Source: Lytechinus pictus (lineage: Eukaryota). From it: a DNA stretch of 64,000 nucleotides. The translations under genes and the position numbers were made by a program. The DNA is taken from NCBI RefSeq assembly GCF_037042905.1, contig NC_087250.1:27344001-27408000 (forward strand), given 5' to 3'. Below are positions 25,815 to 36,980 of the stretch, piece by piece. The notes under the pieces are model-generated. The model was not told the DNA's origin. It searched no databases and saw nothing but the letters and a program-made list of their open reading frames with translations. Positions within the stretch are counted from its first letter, which is position 1, and each line of letters opens with the position of its first letter.

Positions 25815-26206
25815 CAGAGCTTTTATTGGATTCTGTGATGTTGAGTTTGGACAGTTTTTCGTGATCGTCGGAGCAGATCGGAAAACGGAAGGATGCACTT
25901 CCGAAACGGCGAATGTTCACAGAGCATGACCGAGATGAAATTGTAAGTCCAGCTTTTGATGAGACATTTTATGACCTCCCAATATTCCTTAATGATGCTG
26001 GATGATGCTGAATGATGCTGATGATAAAGTAGTAATATCTGATTGGAAACAAGGGACAGAACTGGGTGCTGAAGGACGAGTGACCGGAAATACCAGACAG
26101 TTTTCATCCCATTGACATTGCACAGGAAAAGTGCAGTGAGTGACCGGAATTACCAGCTGTTTTCACTTGATTGTTTCCAGGGTTAGAAAAATTCATCATC
26201 AGTACA

Positions 26207-29200
26207 ATGGAGCAACTGAGGCCTCCCAGACAGATGAACTTTGAAGCAAGTGACCTTTCCTTAGAGTGGAAACAGTGGAAAGATGAGTTTGTGCTCTACG
26301 TGGATTTGAGCATGGATGGTAAAGAGGACAAGGTGAAGCTCAAGATGTTGAAGTACCTTGTTGGTCCACAGGGAAGGGAGCTCTACGAGACGATAAAACC
26401 TGAAGGGACAAGATTACCGAATGGATCCGTGCAAGACGTCACTATGGCCCAGGCTCTGGATGCTTTTGAGAAGCATTGTCAACCAGTAAGGAATGAGACC
26501 GTGGACAGGTATCGGTTCTTTACTCGAAGTCAAGGTAGTGGAGAATCATTTGATTCGTTCTTAACTGAACTCAAACTGTTGGCGGCTCACTGTAACTTCG
26601 GAGATTTAAAGGAGTCTCTGATTCGTGATCGGATCGTATGCGGGATCAAAGATGGCATGCTCAGGGAGAGACTTTTACGAGAATCTTCACTTGATTTGGA
26701 CAAGTGTGTCAAAGCTTGTCAAGCATCTGTGCTCTCTAAGGCCAGATTAGATGTTCTTGTCGGTGAGCAGCAACAATTGGTTCATGCAGTGAGCAATAAA
26801 GAAAAACCCAAGAACTTGCAGGCAGTGCAGTGTAAATTCTGTGGACGTTGTCATGAAAGGAAAAAAGAGAAATGTCCAGCCTTCGGGAAAGAATGCTTTG
26901 CATGCAATGGAAAAAATCATTTCTCTAGTGTATGCAGGAGCAAAGCCAAGAAAGATGGTAAGGATCAGAAGAGAGATCCAAAGAAACCAAAGAAAAGACC
27001 AGTCCATGTAGTGGAAGCAGGCAGTTCAGATGAAGAATTCCAGGAAGTTCAGACAGTGGAACTGGAAGGAGAGCATGCTGTGTACGGGATAGACGGGGGA
27101 AAGTTCAAAAAGAAAATTTTTGTGCTGATGACACTAAGTGGGAAAGATGTGAAGTTCCAGGTAGACTGCGGAGCAACATGTAATGTGATCCCTAAGGCGC
27201 TGGCAAAAGAAGTCATCAAGAGCAAGGACCTTGTACTTACTGTCTTTAATCAGACAACTGAAGTTCCTCTTGGCAAGACCAAAGTGAAAATGATGAATCC
27301 CAAGAATGGAAGGAAATACAAAGTGGACTGCATCGTTGTAGACAGAGAGTGCATGCCAATACTTGGGAGCAGTGCAGCCCAGCAGATGGGATTGATCAAG
27401 GTCTGTGAGGAAAACATAATGTTGCTGAAGGCTGACACAGATTGTGAGAGTACTCTAAGCAAGCAGACCCTGATGACTGAATATGCTGATGTGTTTGAAG
27501 GGACAGGAAAACTTGAGGGAGAGTATCATATGAGTGTGGACGAAGACGTTACACCGGTGATCCACCCACCAAGACGAGTACCAGTGGCTTTGCAGACCAA
27601 ACTAAAGGAAGAATTAGACAGGCTTGAAGAAGGCAATATAATTGCAAGGATAGAGACGCACACCCCTTGGGTCTCAAGCCTTGTCTGTGTGGAGAAGCCT
27701 AATGGGAAGCTGAGAGTATGCTTAGACCCAAGAGATCTGAATAAGGGATTGAAACGAAGCCACTATCCCATGACAACAATAGAAGACATCCTATCAGACT
27801 TGACTAATGCGAAGGTGTTTAGCACCTTTGATGCGAAGAACGGATTCTGGCATGTCCAATTAGACGAGTCCAGCTCGGAGCTGACAACATTCAACACTCC
27901 CTATGGCCGGTATCGTTGGAAGCGTATGCCTTTTGGTCTGTCCACCGCTCCTGAAGAGTTCCAAAGACGCCTGAACTTGGTGCTGGAAGGTCTTGAAGGT
28001 GTCAGATGTGTGGCGGATGACATACTGGTGTTCGGTAAAGGGGAGTCAGAAGAGGAATCAATAAGAGACCATGACAAGAAGGTTAGAGCCTTGATGAACA
28101 GATGTCGGGAAAGAAATGTAAAGCTTAACATAGAGAAAGCTAAGCTTAAAGTGAAGGAAGTATCATACATAGGACACACAATCTCTGCTGAAGGACTGAA
28201 ACCGGATCCTAAGAAGGTGGAAGCAGTCTTGAAGATGCCTAACCCTACGGACGTAGCGGGAGTCCAAAGATTTATTGGATTTGTGAACTACCTGAGCAAG
28301 TTTCTGCCTGGACTTAGCGACCTTTGTGAGCCACTTCGCAAGCTGACGCAGAAGGACGTAACTTGGTGGTGGGCAGAGGTGCATGACAGGGCAGTGACAG
28401 AAATAAAGAAGCTGGTGACTGCAGAGCCAGTACTCCAGTATTATGACCCATCCAAGGAATTGACGCTGCAAGCTGATGCTTCAGACACTGGATTAGGTGC
28501 AGCATTGATGCAAGAAGGACGTCCAGTGGCGTTTGCCAGTAGAGCCCTAACTGATACAGAGACAAGGTATGCACAAATTGAAAAAGAACTATTAGCAGTA
28601 GTCTTTGGTTTGCAAAGATTTCATGTGTATACCTATGGAAGACCAGTAAGTGTGCAATCAGACCACAAACCACTTGAGATCATCACTACAAAACCACTCC
28701 ATCTAGCACCAAAGAGATTGCAGAGGATGTTAGTGAGAATGCACACTTATGATGTGGTAATCAGATACAAGCCAGGAAAAGAGATGTACTTGGCAGATAC
28801 CCTAAGCAGAGCCTATCTTCAGAGTGGCAAGACTGATGAAATGAGGGAGCTAGAGACTGTCAACTTAGCAATGCACATCCCAGTTTCACAGCCTTTGCTT
28901 ACTGAGATCAGAGAAGCAACTAAGAGGGATGAGACTATGCAGAGACTACAAGAGATTATCAAGCAAGGTTGGCCCAATGACAAGAAGGATGTGGAGCTAG
29001 ACTTAGTCTCATATTTCCATGTTAGAGACGAGCTGAGTACAGAGAATGACCTCATATTCAGAGGAGAGAGATTGGTCATTCCAAAAGCCATGAGACGAGA
29101 GATGACGTTACAGATTCATGATTCCCACATTGGTGTAAATGGATGCCTGAGAAGAGCAAGGGAATGCATGTATTGGCCAGGCATGAGTAGCCAATTGAAA

Positions 29201-30190
29201 GACTTTGTGCAGAATTGTGAGACGTGCCAAGAATATGGTAAAGAACAACCCAAGGAAACACTAAAACCCCATGATGTGCCAGAGAGACCCTGGGCAAAGG
29301 TTGGTGCAGACCTATTTCAGCTGGATGGACGCCACTACTTAATTACTGTGGATTACTTCTCAGGCTATTGGGAAGTCGACTATCTGGAGAAGACACTGGC
29401 CACCAATGTTATTAGTAAACTCAAGGGCCAGTTTGCACGATTCGGGATTCCGGATCAACTTGTCACAGACAATGGACCACAGTTTACTGCAGACGAGTTC
29501 AAGAGGTTTGCAAGGAAGTGGCAGTTTGAACATACAACATCGTCTCCCCATTACCCTCAAAGCAATGGGAAGGCGGAAAGCAGTGTGAAAGTTGCAAAAT
29601 CTCTGCTGAAGAAGGCTAAGACAGCAGGAAGTGATCCATACCTCAGCCTTCTGGCATTTCGTAACACACCAACACCTGGTATGGGAAGCAGTCCGATACA
29701 GAGAATAATGAACAGGAGAACTAGGACTGTGCTACCAACTACCAAGAGGCTGCTCAAACCTGAGATACAAAAGAAGGTTGGAGAGGAGATGAGAGCAGCC
29801 AAGGAGAGGCAAGCATGTTACTACAACCGAGGAGCCAGAGATCTGACACCCCTGAAAATAGGTGACCATGTTCGTCTGAAATCAGCAGGGGGTCCAAAAA
29901 AGTCCTGGATGAGAGCAGTAGTGGTAAGCTTTGCTGCAGAACCTAGATCCTACAATGTCCTTACCCAAGATGGCGTTACTTATCGACGAAATCGACGCCA
30001 TCTCAGAAAAGTTAGCAAAACAACTGATAATGCTAACAATGAACTAGACGACCTGGTGATTTCTCAACCCGAGCGAGAGATTCAGCCTGTGGCCCCCCCA
30101 CAGGACCCTAACGAACATCAGGCCCAGACGACTAGATCAGGAAGGCGTATTCAACGACCTCGTTATCTGGACGATTATGTGACCAGATAG
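26207..30190 (+). CDS. Gag-Pol polyprotein (1327 aa from first ATG): Gag-CCHC, PR, RT, RNase H, IN
   Basis: CFACNGKNHFSSVC knuckle; VDCGATCN; RMPFGL, VADDILV; DAS..YAQIEKE..DHKPL; HDSH..CETC, VDYFS, TDNGPQF, NGKAE; no stops. Confidence 0.97.
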   Translation: MEQLRPPRQMNFEASDLSLEWKQWKDEFVLYVDLSMDGKEDKVKLKMLKYLVGPQGRELYETIKPEGTRLPNGSVQDVTMAQALDAFEKHCQPVRNETVDRYRFFTRSQGSGESFDSFLTELKLLAAHCNFGDLKESLIRDRIVCGIKDGMLRERLLRESSLDLDKCVKACQASVLSKARLDVLVGEQQQLVHAVSNKEKPKNLQAVQCKFCGRCHERKKEKCPAFGKECFACNGKNHFSSVCRSKAKKDGKDQKRDPKKPKKRPVHVVEAGSSDEEFQEVQTVELEGEHAVYGIDGGKFKKKIFVLMTLSGKDVKFQVDCGATCNVIPKALAKEVIKSKDLVLTVFNQTTEVPLGKTKVKMMNPKNGRKYKVDCIVVDRECMPILGSSAAQQMGLIKVCEENIMLLKADTDCESTLSKQTLMTEYADVFEGTGKLEGEYHMSVDEDVTPVIHPPRRVPVALQTKLKEELDRLEEGNIIARIETHTPWVSSLVCVEKPNGKLRVCLDPRDLNKGLKRSHYPMTTIEDILSDLTNAKVFSTFDAKNGFWHVQLDESSSELTTFNTPYGRYRWKRMPFGLSTAPEEFQRRLNLVLEGLEGVRCVADDILVFGKGESEEESIRDHDKKVRALMNRCRERNVKLNIEKAKLKVKEVSYIGHTISAEGLKPDPKKVEAVLKMPNPTDVAGVQRFIGFVNYLSKFLPGLSDLCEPLRKLTQKDVTWWWAEVHDRAVTEIKKLVTAEPVLQYYDPSKELTLQADASDTGLGAALMQEGRPVAFASRALTDTETRYAQIEKELLAVVFGLQRFHVYTYGRPVSVQSDHKPLEIITTKPLHLAPKRLQRMLVRMHTYDVVIRYKPGKEMYLADTLSRAYLQSGKTDEMRELETVNLAMHIPVSQPLLTEIREATKRDETMQRLQEIIKQGWPNDKKDVELDLVSYFHVRDELSTENDLIFRGERLVIPKAMRREMTLQIHDSHIGVNGCLRRARECMYWPGMSSQLKDFVQNCETCQEYGKEQPKETLKPHDVPERPWAKVGADLFQLDGRHYLITVDYFSGYWEVDYLEKTLATNVISKLKGQFARFGIPDQLVTDNGPQFTADEFKRFARKWQFEHTTSSPHYPQSNGKAESSVKVAKSLLKKAKTAGSDPYLSLLAFRNTPTPGMGSSPIQRIMNRRTRTVLPTTKRLLKPEIQKKVGEEMRAAKERQACYYNRGARDLTPLKIGDHVRLKSAGGPKKSWMRAVVVSFAAEPRSYNVLTQDGVTYRRNRRHLRKVSKTTDNANNELDDLVISQPEREIQPVAPPQDPNEHQAQTTRSGRRIQRPRYLDDYVTR

Positions 30191-31197
30191 AACTTATAAA
30201 TTCCGGACATAGCTAATAGAGTGGGAAACAACCAAAAGTTCTAAAGTTTGAAATGTCCACCCAAGTGTGGAAATACTTTTATTTGTATTATTTTTTAATT
30301 TGACGCAAATTTTGGCATGACAGGTTAAAAAAAAAAAAAAAAGAAAGCAGAAAGAAAAATAGATTGGCTACTCTGAAAGTATTTGATCTATCATATTTTG
30401 CAGGTTTTCATAATACATGTGTTACTATGAGGTAGATTGAGATAGTTGATATAACCATTATGTAGACAAAGACAACTTTCACAGCACATTTACAGAGATG
30501 CTGATGAGATATACACTATTTGACCAAATTTGTTATTTCCAGAATTTTTTTTTTCCAACTCATGTCGGATTCACAAATGCTGCCCTTGGATTATTCATAC
30601 AGTAGGACAACATCTTGTACAAAAAAAATAAAAAAAAAATAAAAGTGCAGCAATTTTGACGATTTTTGAGGCAACCTGTGATTAGTTTTGTTCTCTTTCA
30701 TTTCACTGAGGAAAGGATGATGTACTTAATTAGTTACATGAGTGAAGTGACCAAGCAGTTTGTTTATTGATATGTATTGATGACATGTTATATATGTTCA
30801 GTAGAGTTAGTTTTTAATTGTTATGTTTTAGAAAAGAGTTAGTATTGTTTGGGTAGCCAATCTAAAGCCTTTGAACAAACATACACAAAACAAACGACAA
30901 AAGAAAGTAATAAATCGGATATATCTTTAATAGAATTTTTGGTGGTCGCCCGGATGATTTCCCAATCACATCATAGATGTTTCGGAATCGACTGGAATAA
31001 CACAGGAGTTTGATATAAAATGAAAGCATAATCCGTTCAAGTATGGGACTGTCGCAGATATACAAGACGAATGGAAGGATCAAAGAACTGTGATGAACTT
31101 TTATAAACTGTGACTTCCTGAAGTGATTTGGATTTGGATGGACTCCGTTTAGAAGAAGGACTCTGTTTAAACAATGGACTAATTAAATTTTGTAAAC

Positions 31198-31206
31198 AAA
31201 GGGGGA
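31198..31206 (+). promoter_or_regulatory. Polypurine tract
   Basis: AAAGGGGGA abutting the 3' LTR. Confidence 0.85.
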
Positions 31207-31371
31207 TGTTATGGAATAGCGCCATCTGTGGCGAGATACCAGAGAGTGTAACAAGATGGAATCCAGTAAATGGCTGAACCCAAATGTATTATTAGTTTGA
31301 AGCCTCCGTTATTTAGGTTGATACTGTAGTGAAGTTGATAGTAGGAGTAGAAGAGACGACAAGACAAAACA
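31207..31371 (+). repeat. 3' LTR
   Basis: Copy of 25639-25803, followed by TATAT. Confidence 0.95.
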
Positions 31372-32047
31372 TATATGTTTACCCACCTAGAACATGCAAA
31401 ACGTTTACTAGTAACTAGTGACTATACTACTAGACCGATTTTTACTCAAACCCCTTTCCAATACAGAAATAACAAGAGAACATTCACCTAAGAATAGAAA
31501 TCCTCATTTGTTCTGATAAATATCAAGAGTATCAGTACAAAATGTAAACAGTGTCAGTATAAAATGTAATTTGAAATTAACAGAAATGTCAAAGAAAATC
31601 GGTTATTCAATCTGCTCAGATCAAAGAATAATACTCTCAGTACTGCTAAAGTTATATAATTGTTGGCCGTGTACTCCATTCACCGTCCAATTGAAACATA
31701 GGACCTATATATAATATTATATTCCACTTGTTAACATTATATTTTCCAATCCGTTTGGGATTTAGTGGCTTAAGTGTTGCAAGCAATATAAAAACAACAG
31801 TTAAAATCAGACGCTTCTCATACATTTGTCACAGTGCAGAGTGCTTCCCTTCATGCAAGAAGAATTCACAACTCTTATTCATATTTTGTTTCTTAGCCTT
31901 TAATAAACAAGAGCGGCTTTTGTTAGGAATAGAGTTATGGAGTGCTCAGCTCGTGAAGCTTACGAATTACTCATTAAAATATTGACGAATTGCCTACGTG
32001 CCCCCTACTAAAACATGTTACAAAAGTCGCTATAGGACAGAACATAT

Positions 32048-32330
32048 TTTTTGTCTCGCCTTCATAGCAGAGCGAGACAATAATTGGTGCCTCTTTTTGA
32101 CGATGGGGACGGCGTCAACACTGAAATCTTAACCAAAGTTAAGTTTTTGAAATGTCATAGTTCATGAAACTTGGAAACAAGGGTAATAAAGTATTGCGGA
32201 ATATCCTGACTACGTTTGTTTAAGGTAACATGACCAAGGTCAAAGGTAATTTAGGGTCATTGCAGGCCTGGCCGCCTGGGTCAATGAACTTAGAAAATGT
32301 TGGGAGAATCAACATCGAAATTAAAAACTA
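32048..32330 (+). mobile_element. Possible non-autonomous Helentron/DINE-like fragment (mirror ~45475-45755)
   Basis: T-run then hairpin TGTCTCGC..GCGAGACA and AAGGTCAAAGGT motifs; classification by resemblance only. Confidence 0.35.
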
Positions 32331-34070
32331 GAATAAGATATTCCAAAGCGTGTGTAAGATTAAAGCTAATCTCCCACATTAGATGTATTCAATTTAAAAA
32401 AAATACAATATAACAAATGTACGTCGTATTATATAAACTAGCAGATACACCCGTGTATGTGACAAGTTCGATGGTATAAGTAACATTGAGATGTTTTCTA
32501 TCATGTAGTGTGTATACTTATAAAGTGTTTTGAATTGGAAACATGCGCTAAATGTAAATATTTATTTTTATATCAATATATGAATTAAGTAATTTGAATT
32601 TATTTGGCGTTATTGTGTTTATGTATTTAGCTTGTATGTAGATTTAGTTGTATGTGAAATAATATGTAGAGTTTATGGAGTTTTGAAACTTTTGGAAACC
32701 TACTTGAAGTAGATCTGATTTAGTTGATTTGGGATTGTGGGGGCCTAACTTAAAAATAACATTACCTGCGGTTGATACGGCGTGCTATGCATTTTTCTTT
32801 AGTGTTTTAGATCAACTTGACCCCCCCCCCCCCCCCCCCCGTAGGGATAGTAATTTTTAGTTTGCTTGTGAAAGAAATATGCACCAGTCGGTGACTGGCC
32901 GTTTTCTTTGGGGACTTCTCATTTAACAGCATTTTACCTAGACCAATTGAGAGTTCCCTCATTAACTGGTTCACATGCAAAGTACAAAATTAATGAAGTT
33001 AACTTTCTTCCGGTTCATCAGTTTCTACAGGGGCCGCGGCAGTGATGATTTTGCAGTGTACAAAGAAAACGTCGAATCCAATCTCGTTTGGAAAATGACC
33101 CCAAAAGCCGTTACAGAAATAGATTACTTGACTCTGTGAAATCATTAAGTCTAAAATATTTTTATGCATGTTTTTATTATGTATGTAATGGAAATGTTAA
33201 TTATACATCATTAAAAATGTTTTGACCTTGTTGGCGAATAACGGCTCTTTTTTTTGGGGGGGGGGGGTTGATATTCGGTTGGCAAGCAAATCCACAGAGT
33301 GACACACGAAATGTTGACTTGCGCACAAAACTTGTCTTTCTTTTTGGTAAATGTCAAATATCATAGAGTCTATGTCAACTATTGTATGAGAAGGCCCCAA
33401 AGCAGAGTAGGAAATACACTGGAATTCAGCTCTAAGGCCGATTTTTTAGCTCCCCACATGAACTAAATAAATAGATCTAGCCCCCAAATAACAAAATAGC
33501 CGTCAGTCAATTATCCTCATAGCCTAGGGTTCAATGTATAACATACTGACATCACTAAGGTCGAAATACATTCATGACAATGGTGGTCAACTGGTCATGA
33601 GCTTTGAGCCATAATTCAAATGAAACAAATATTCAATTTGGCATAACTGAACATTTTTTGCCGTGAAATGTTTATTTTCCAACGATTCATCGAATAGGTA
33701 GGGAATCAAATATGTTTCATGCAACTTTTTCTCGACCGTGCGTCATTCATATTTTACGAAGAGGGTCTCATAATTATGAAAAAAAAAAGAAATGGATGTT
33801 TCAGTTATGAACTTTGATTGAATGGATAGCAGTAAAAGCCAGAAAAATCGTAAAATTGCACGAGCAAACGAAAATTTGGTAACACCATTTCCATTGTTCT
33901 AACTCAGTCATGCGTATTTTATGACCATTGATATATTTTGATTTATACATCACATGAAGAAAAATTATGATTATGGCAGCAAAAACTTTCACCGAATTAC
34001 GGTTTCGTTTTTTTTCTGGGGATTCACTATATTCTAACTTCTCAATGAGACATCAAATTATCAATCGATG

Positions 34071-35298
34071 CAGTGGCGTACTGTGGATCACGGCATTGGG
34101 GGGCACCAGCAAAAATCTTGAGTCACTTAGTAAGCGCGCGAAGCGCGCCCAGTCGCCAGGTATACTGACCTAATAGAGACATTTTAAGGACAGTGCCATT
34201 AGACGGATATGTCTCTCACTGGTCAAATAATGCGAGCGCGAAGCGCGAGCTTAAATATTTGATATTCTGACCTAAAAGGGGACATTATAATTAATCTTTT
34301 GTAATCATGATGCGTACCTGTCTCGCTAAATAATGCGAGCGCGAAGCGCGAGCTGAAATTTTTGTAAATATTGACCCCCAAACAGGAAGATTTTAAGGAC
34401 TATATTTTAGGAATTCATTAAGAGTATACACATCTCACCATAGTCATCTAACGCGAGTGCCAATAAGCGCTTGCTGATTTGTTAGAATTACATCTAAACA
34501 TGCACATAAAGCACTTGTAATCAAGATTAACATATACCCATCTCACCAATCAAATCTTGCGAGCGCAAAGCGCGAGCTGAAAATTTAGGAAATTCAGACC
34601 TGAAGAGGGGCATTTTAAGGCTTGTTTGTAGGAATTCATGAAGACCATACGTAGTTCACTAACCAAATGATGCGAGCGCGAAGCGCGAGCTGAAGATTTT
34701 TGATATTCAGATTAGAAAAGGGGACATTTTAAGGACTGATTCTAGGAATTCATGGAGAGCAGACATATTTCACCAATCCACTTCTGCGAACGTAAGCACG
34801 GACAGGGAATGTTTCATATTAAGACCTTAAAATGGGGCAATCACTTTAAGTAGTCATGAAAAAGGAGCATACTATTGTACATAAAACAACAATAACTCGA
34901 AGTGCGAGGAAATATATTTGGCAGTTTGGTGTATATTGACTTTAAAACGGGAGGTTATAGTATAACAGGATTATATATCTCGGTAAACAGACAATGCGAG
35001 CACCAGGAACAATGAAGACATAGGCCCTGAGCAAATTATGTTTCATAAAGTTATGAAAAAAAATTCTTATGTAATATAACATAACATAATTATGATATAA
35101 TATAACATTATAATGAACAATAATGTCTTTTTCCTTTCTCCCTCTTTTTCTCCTTTTCCCATTTTTTTATTTTTATTTTTTTATTTTATTTTATTTATTT
35201 ATTATTATTATTATTTTTTTTTTTTTTTTGGGGGGGGGTCAGCCGATTGGGGGGGGGGGGGGGTGGGTGCACGTGCCCCCATGCCCCCCCCCCCCGTA
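34071..35298. mobile_element. hAT-like element, same family as 23811-24922 in opposite orientation (mirror 43022-43734, partly deleted)
   Basis: Starts CAGTGGCGTACTGTGG, homologous along its length; far end runs into the GGCGCC array. Confidence 0.75.
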
Positions 35299-36080
35299 GT
35301 CGAACATCTATTTGGCCTCCATAGGTCGAACATGAATTTGGCGCCCCCAGTTGGAACATCAAATTGGCGCCCCTAGTTCGAATATAAATTCGGCGCCCCC
35401 TATAGTTCAAACATCAATGTGGTGCCCCTAGTTCGAACATCATTTCGGCGCCCTCCTAGTTCGAATATCAATTCGGCGCCCCTACATGTACGCCCAACAT
35501 CAATTTGGCGCCCCTAGTTCGAATATCAATATGGCGCCCCTACATGTAGGTCGATCATCAATTCGCCCCCCCCCCCCCCGTTCGAACATCAATTCGGCCC
35601 CCATTTCGAACATCATTTTGGCATCCATTCGAACTCAATTTGCCTTCCCTAGTTCGAATATCATTTCGTCCCCCCCCCCTAGCTCGAGTATCAATTTGGC
35701 GCCCCCTAGTTCGAACATCAATTAGGCGCCCCCCCTAGTTTGGGTATCAATTTGGCGCCCCCTCCCCTAGCTCGAACATCGATTTGCCCCCCCCCCCCTC
35801 CCCAGTTCGAGTATCAATTTGGCACCCCCAGTTCGAACATCATTTTAACATCCCTTCGAACAACAATTTGGCGCCCCTAGTTCGAATATTATTTCGTCCC
35901 CCACCCCTAGCCCGAGTCTCAATTTGGCGCCCCCTAGTTCCAACATCAATTCGGCGCCCCTACGTCGAACATCAGTTCCCCCCCCCCCCCCGTTCGAACA
36001 TCAATTCGGCCCCCAGTCCGAACATCATTTTGACGTTCCTTCGAACATCATTTCGGCGCCCTATTGGTTCAAACATCATT
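35298..36080. repeat. GGCGCC/TCGAACATC degenerate tandem array (mirror 42322-43022)
   Basis: ~30-bp imperfect units. Confidence 0.85.
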
Positions 36081-36980
36081 TTCTTTCCTCCTCTTCCTTT
36101 TTTTTCTTCTTCTCGTCCTTCCCCCTCTTCCTCTTCCCTTTTCTTTCCCCCCTCCTTTCTCTCTCTTTTTTCTTCTCTTCTTTCTTCCCTCTTTCTCTCT
36201 CTCCTTTTTTCTTCTTTTCCCCTCTTCCTCTCTCTTCCCCCTCTTCTTTCCCCGCTTCCTCTTTTTTCTTCCCGCTCCCCCTCCCTTTTTCTTCTCTTTC
36301 ACCCTCTTCCTCCTTTTTCTCTTTCTTTCCCCTCTTCTTCTCCTTGTTTTTTCTTTTCTTTTTTCTCTTCCTTTCTTTCCCCTCTCCTTTTTCTTCTCTT
36401 CTTTCCTCCCTCTTCCTCTCTTTCCTTTTTTCCTTTTCTTTTCCCCTCTTTCTCTTTTTTCTTCCCCCTCTCCCCCCTCTCCCTCTCCTCCCTTTTCTTT
36501 TCTTCTCTTCCTCTTTTTTCTCCTTTTCTTTCCTCTTTTTCCTCTCTCTCTTTTTCTACTCTTCCTTTCCACTTTTCCCCTCTCTCTCTCTCTCTTTCTC
36601 CTTTTCCTTTCCCTCTCTTTTTCCTTCTCTTTCTTTCCCCTTTTCCTTTCCCTTTTCCTTCCCTTCCTTCCCCCTCTTCCCTTTTTCTTCTTTTCTTTCC
36701 CCCTTTCCTCCCTCTTTTTTATCCTCTTCTTCCTTCCCCCTCTTCCTCTCTCTTTCCCCCCCTTTTTTTCCCTTTCTCTCTCTTCTCTTCTTTCCTCCTC
36801 CTTCCTCTCTCTTTTTTTTCTCCTTTTCCTTTCCTTTTCTCCCCTCTCCTCCTTTTCTTTCCCCCTTTTCCTCTCTCTTTTTTCTTCCCTTCTTCCCTCC
36901 TCTTCCTTTCTTCTTTTTCTTCTTTTCTTTCCCCTCTTCCCCTCTTTTTTCTCTTTCTTTCCCTCTCTTCTTTTTTTTTT
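36080..36980. repeat. ~900-bp polypyrimidine tract (mirror polypurine 41440-42322)
   Basis: Almost only C/T; source of spurious F/L/S/P and K/R/E/G ORFs. Confidence 0.95.

Larger units (their letters stand above)
25639..31371 (+). mobile_element. Intact Ty3/Gypsy LTR retrotransposon (Mag/SURL-like)
   Basis: 165-bp TG..CA LTRs, 5-bp TSD TATAT, PBS, PPT, single gag-pol ORF. Confidence 0.97.

Noticed and set aside
30191..31197. env-like or extra ORF, or hammerhead ribozyme (CTGATGAG at 30501), in the 1-kb Gypsy 3' region
   Set aside because: Only short featureless ORFs; no matching GAAA core or stems seen
35298..36080. CRISPR-like periodicity (also 3250-3918 and the 22-bp arrays)
   Set aside because: Degenerate tandem units without unique constant-length spacers; no cas genes; eukaryotic context
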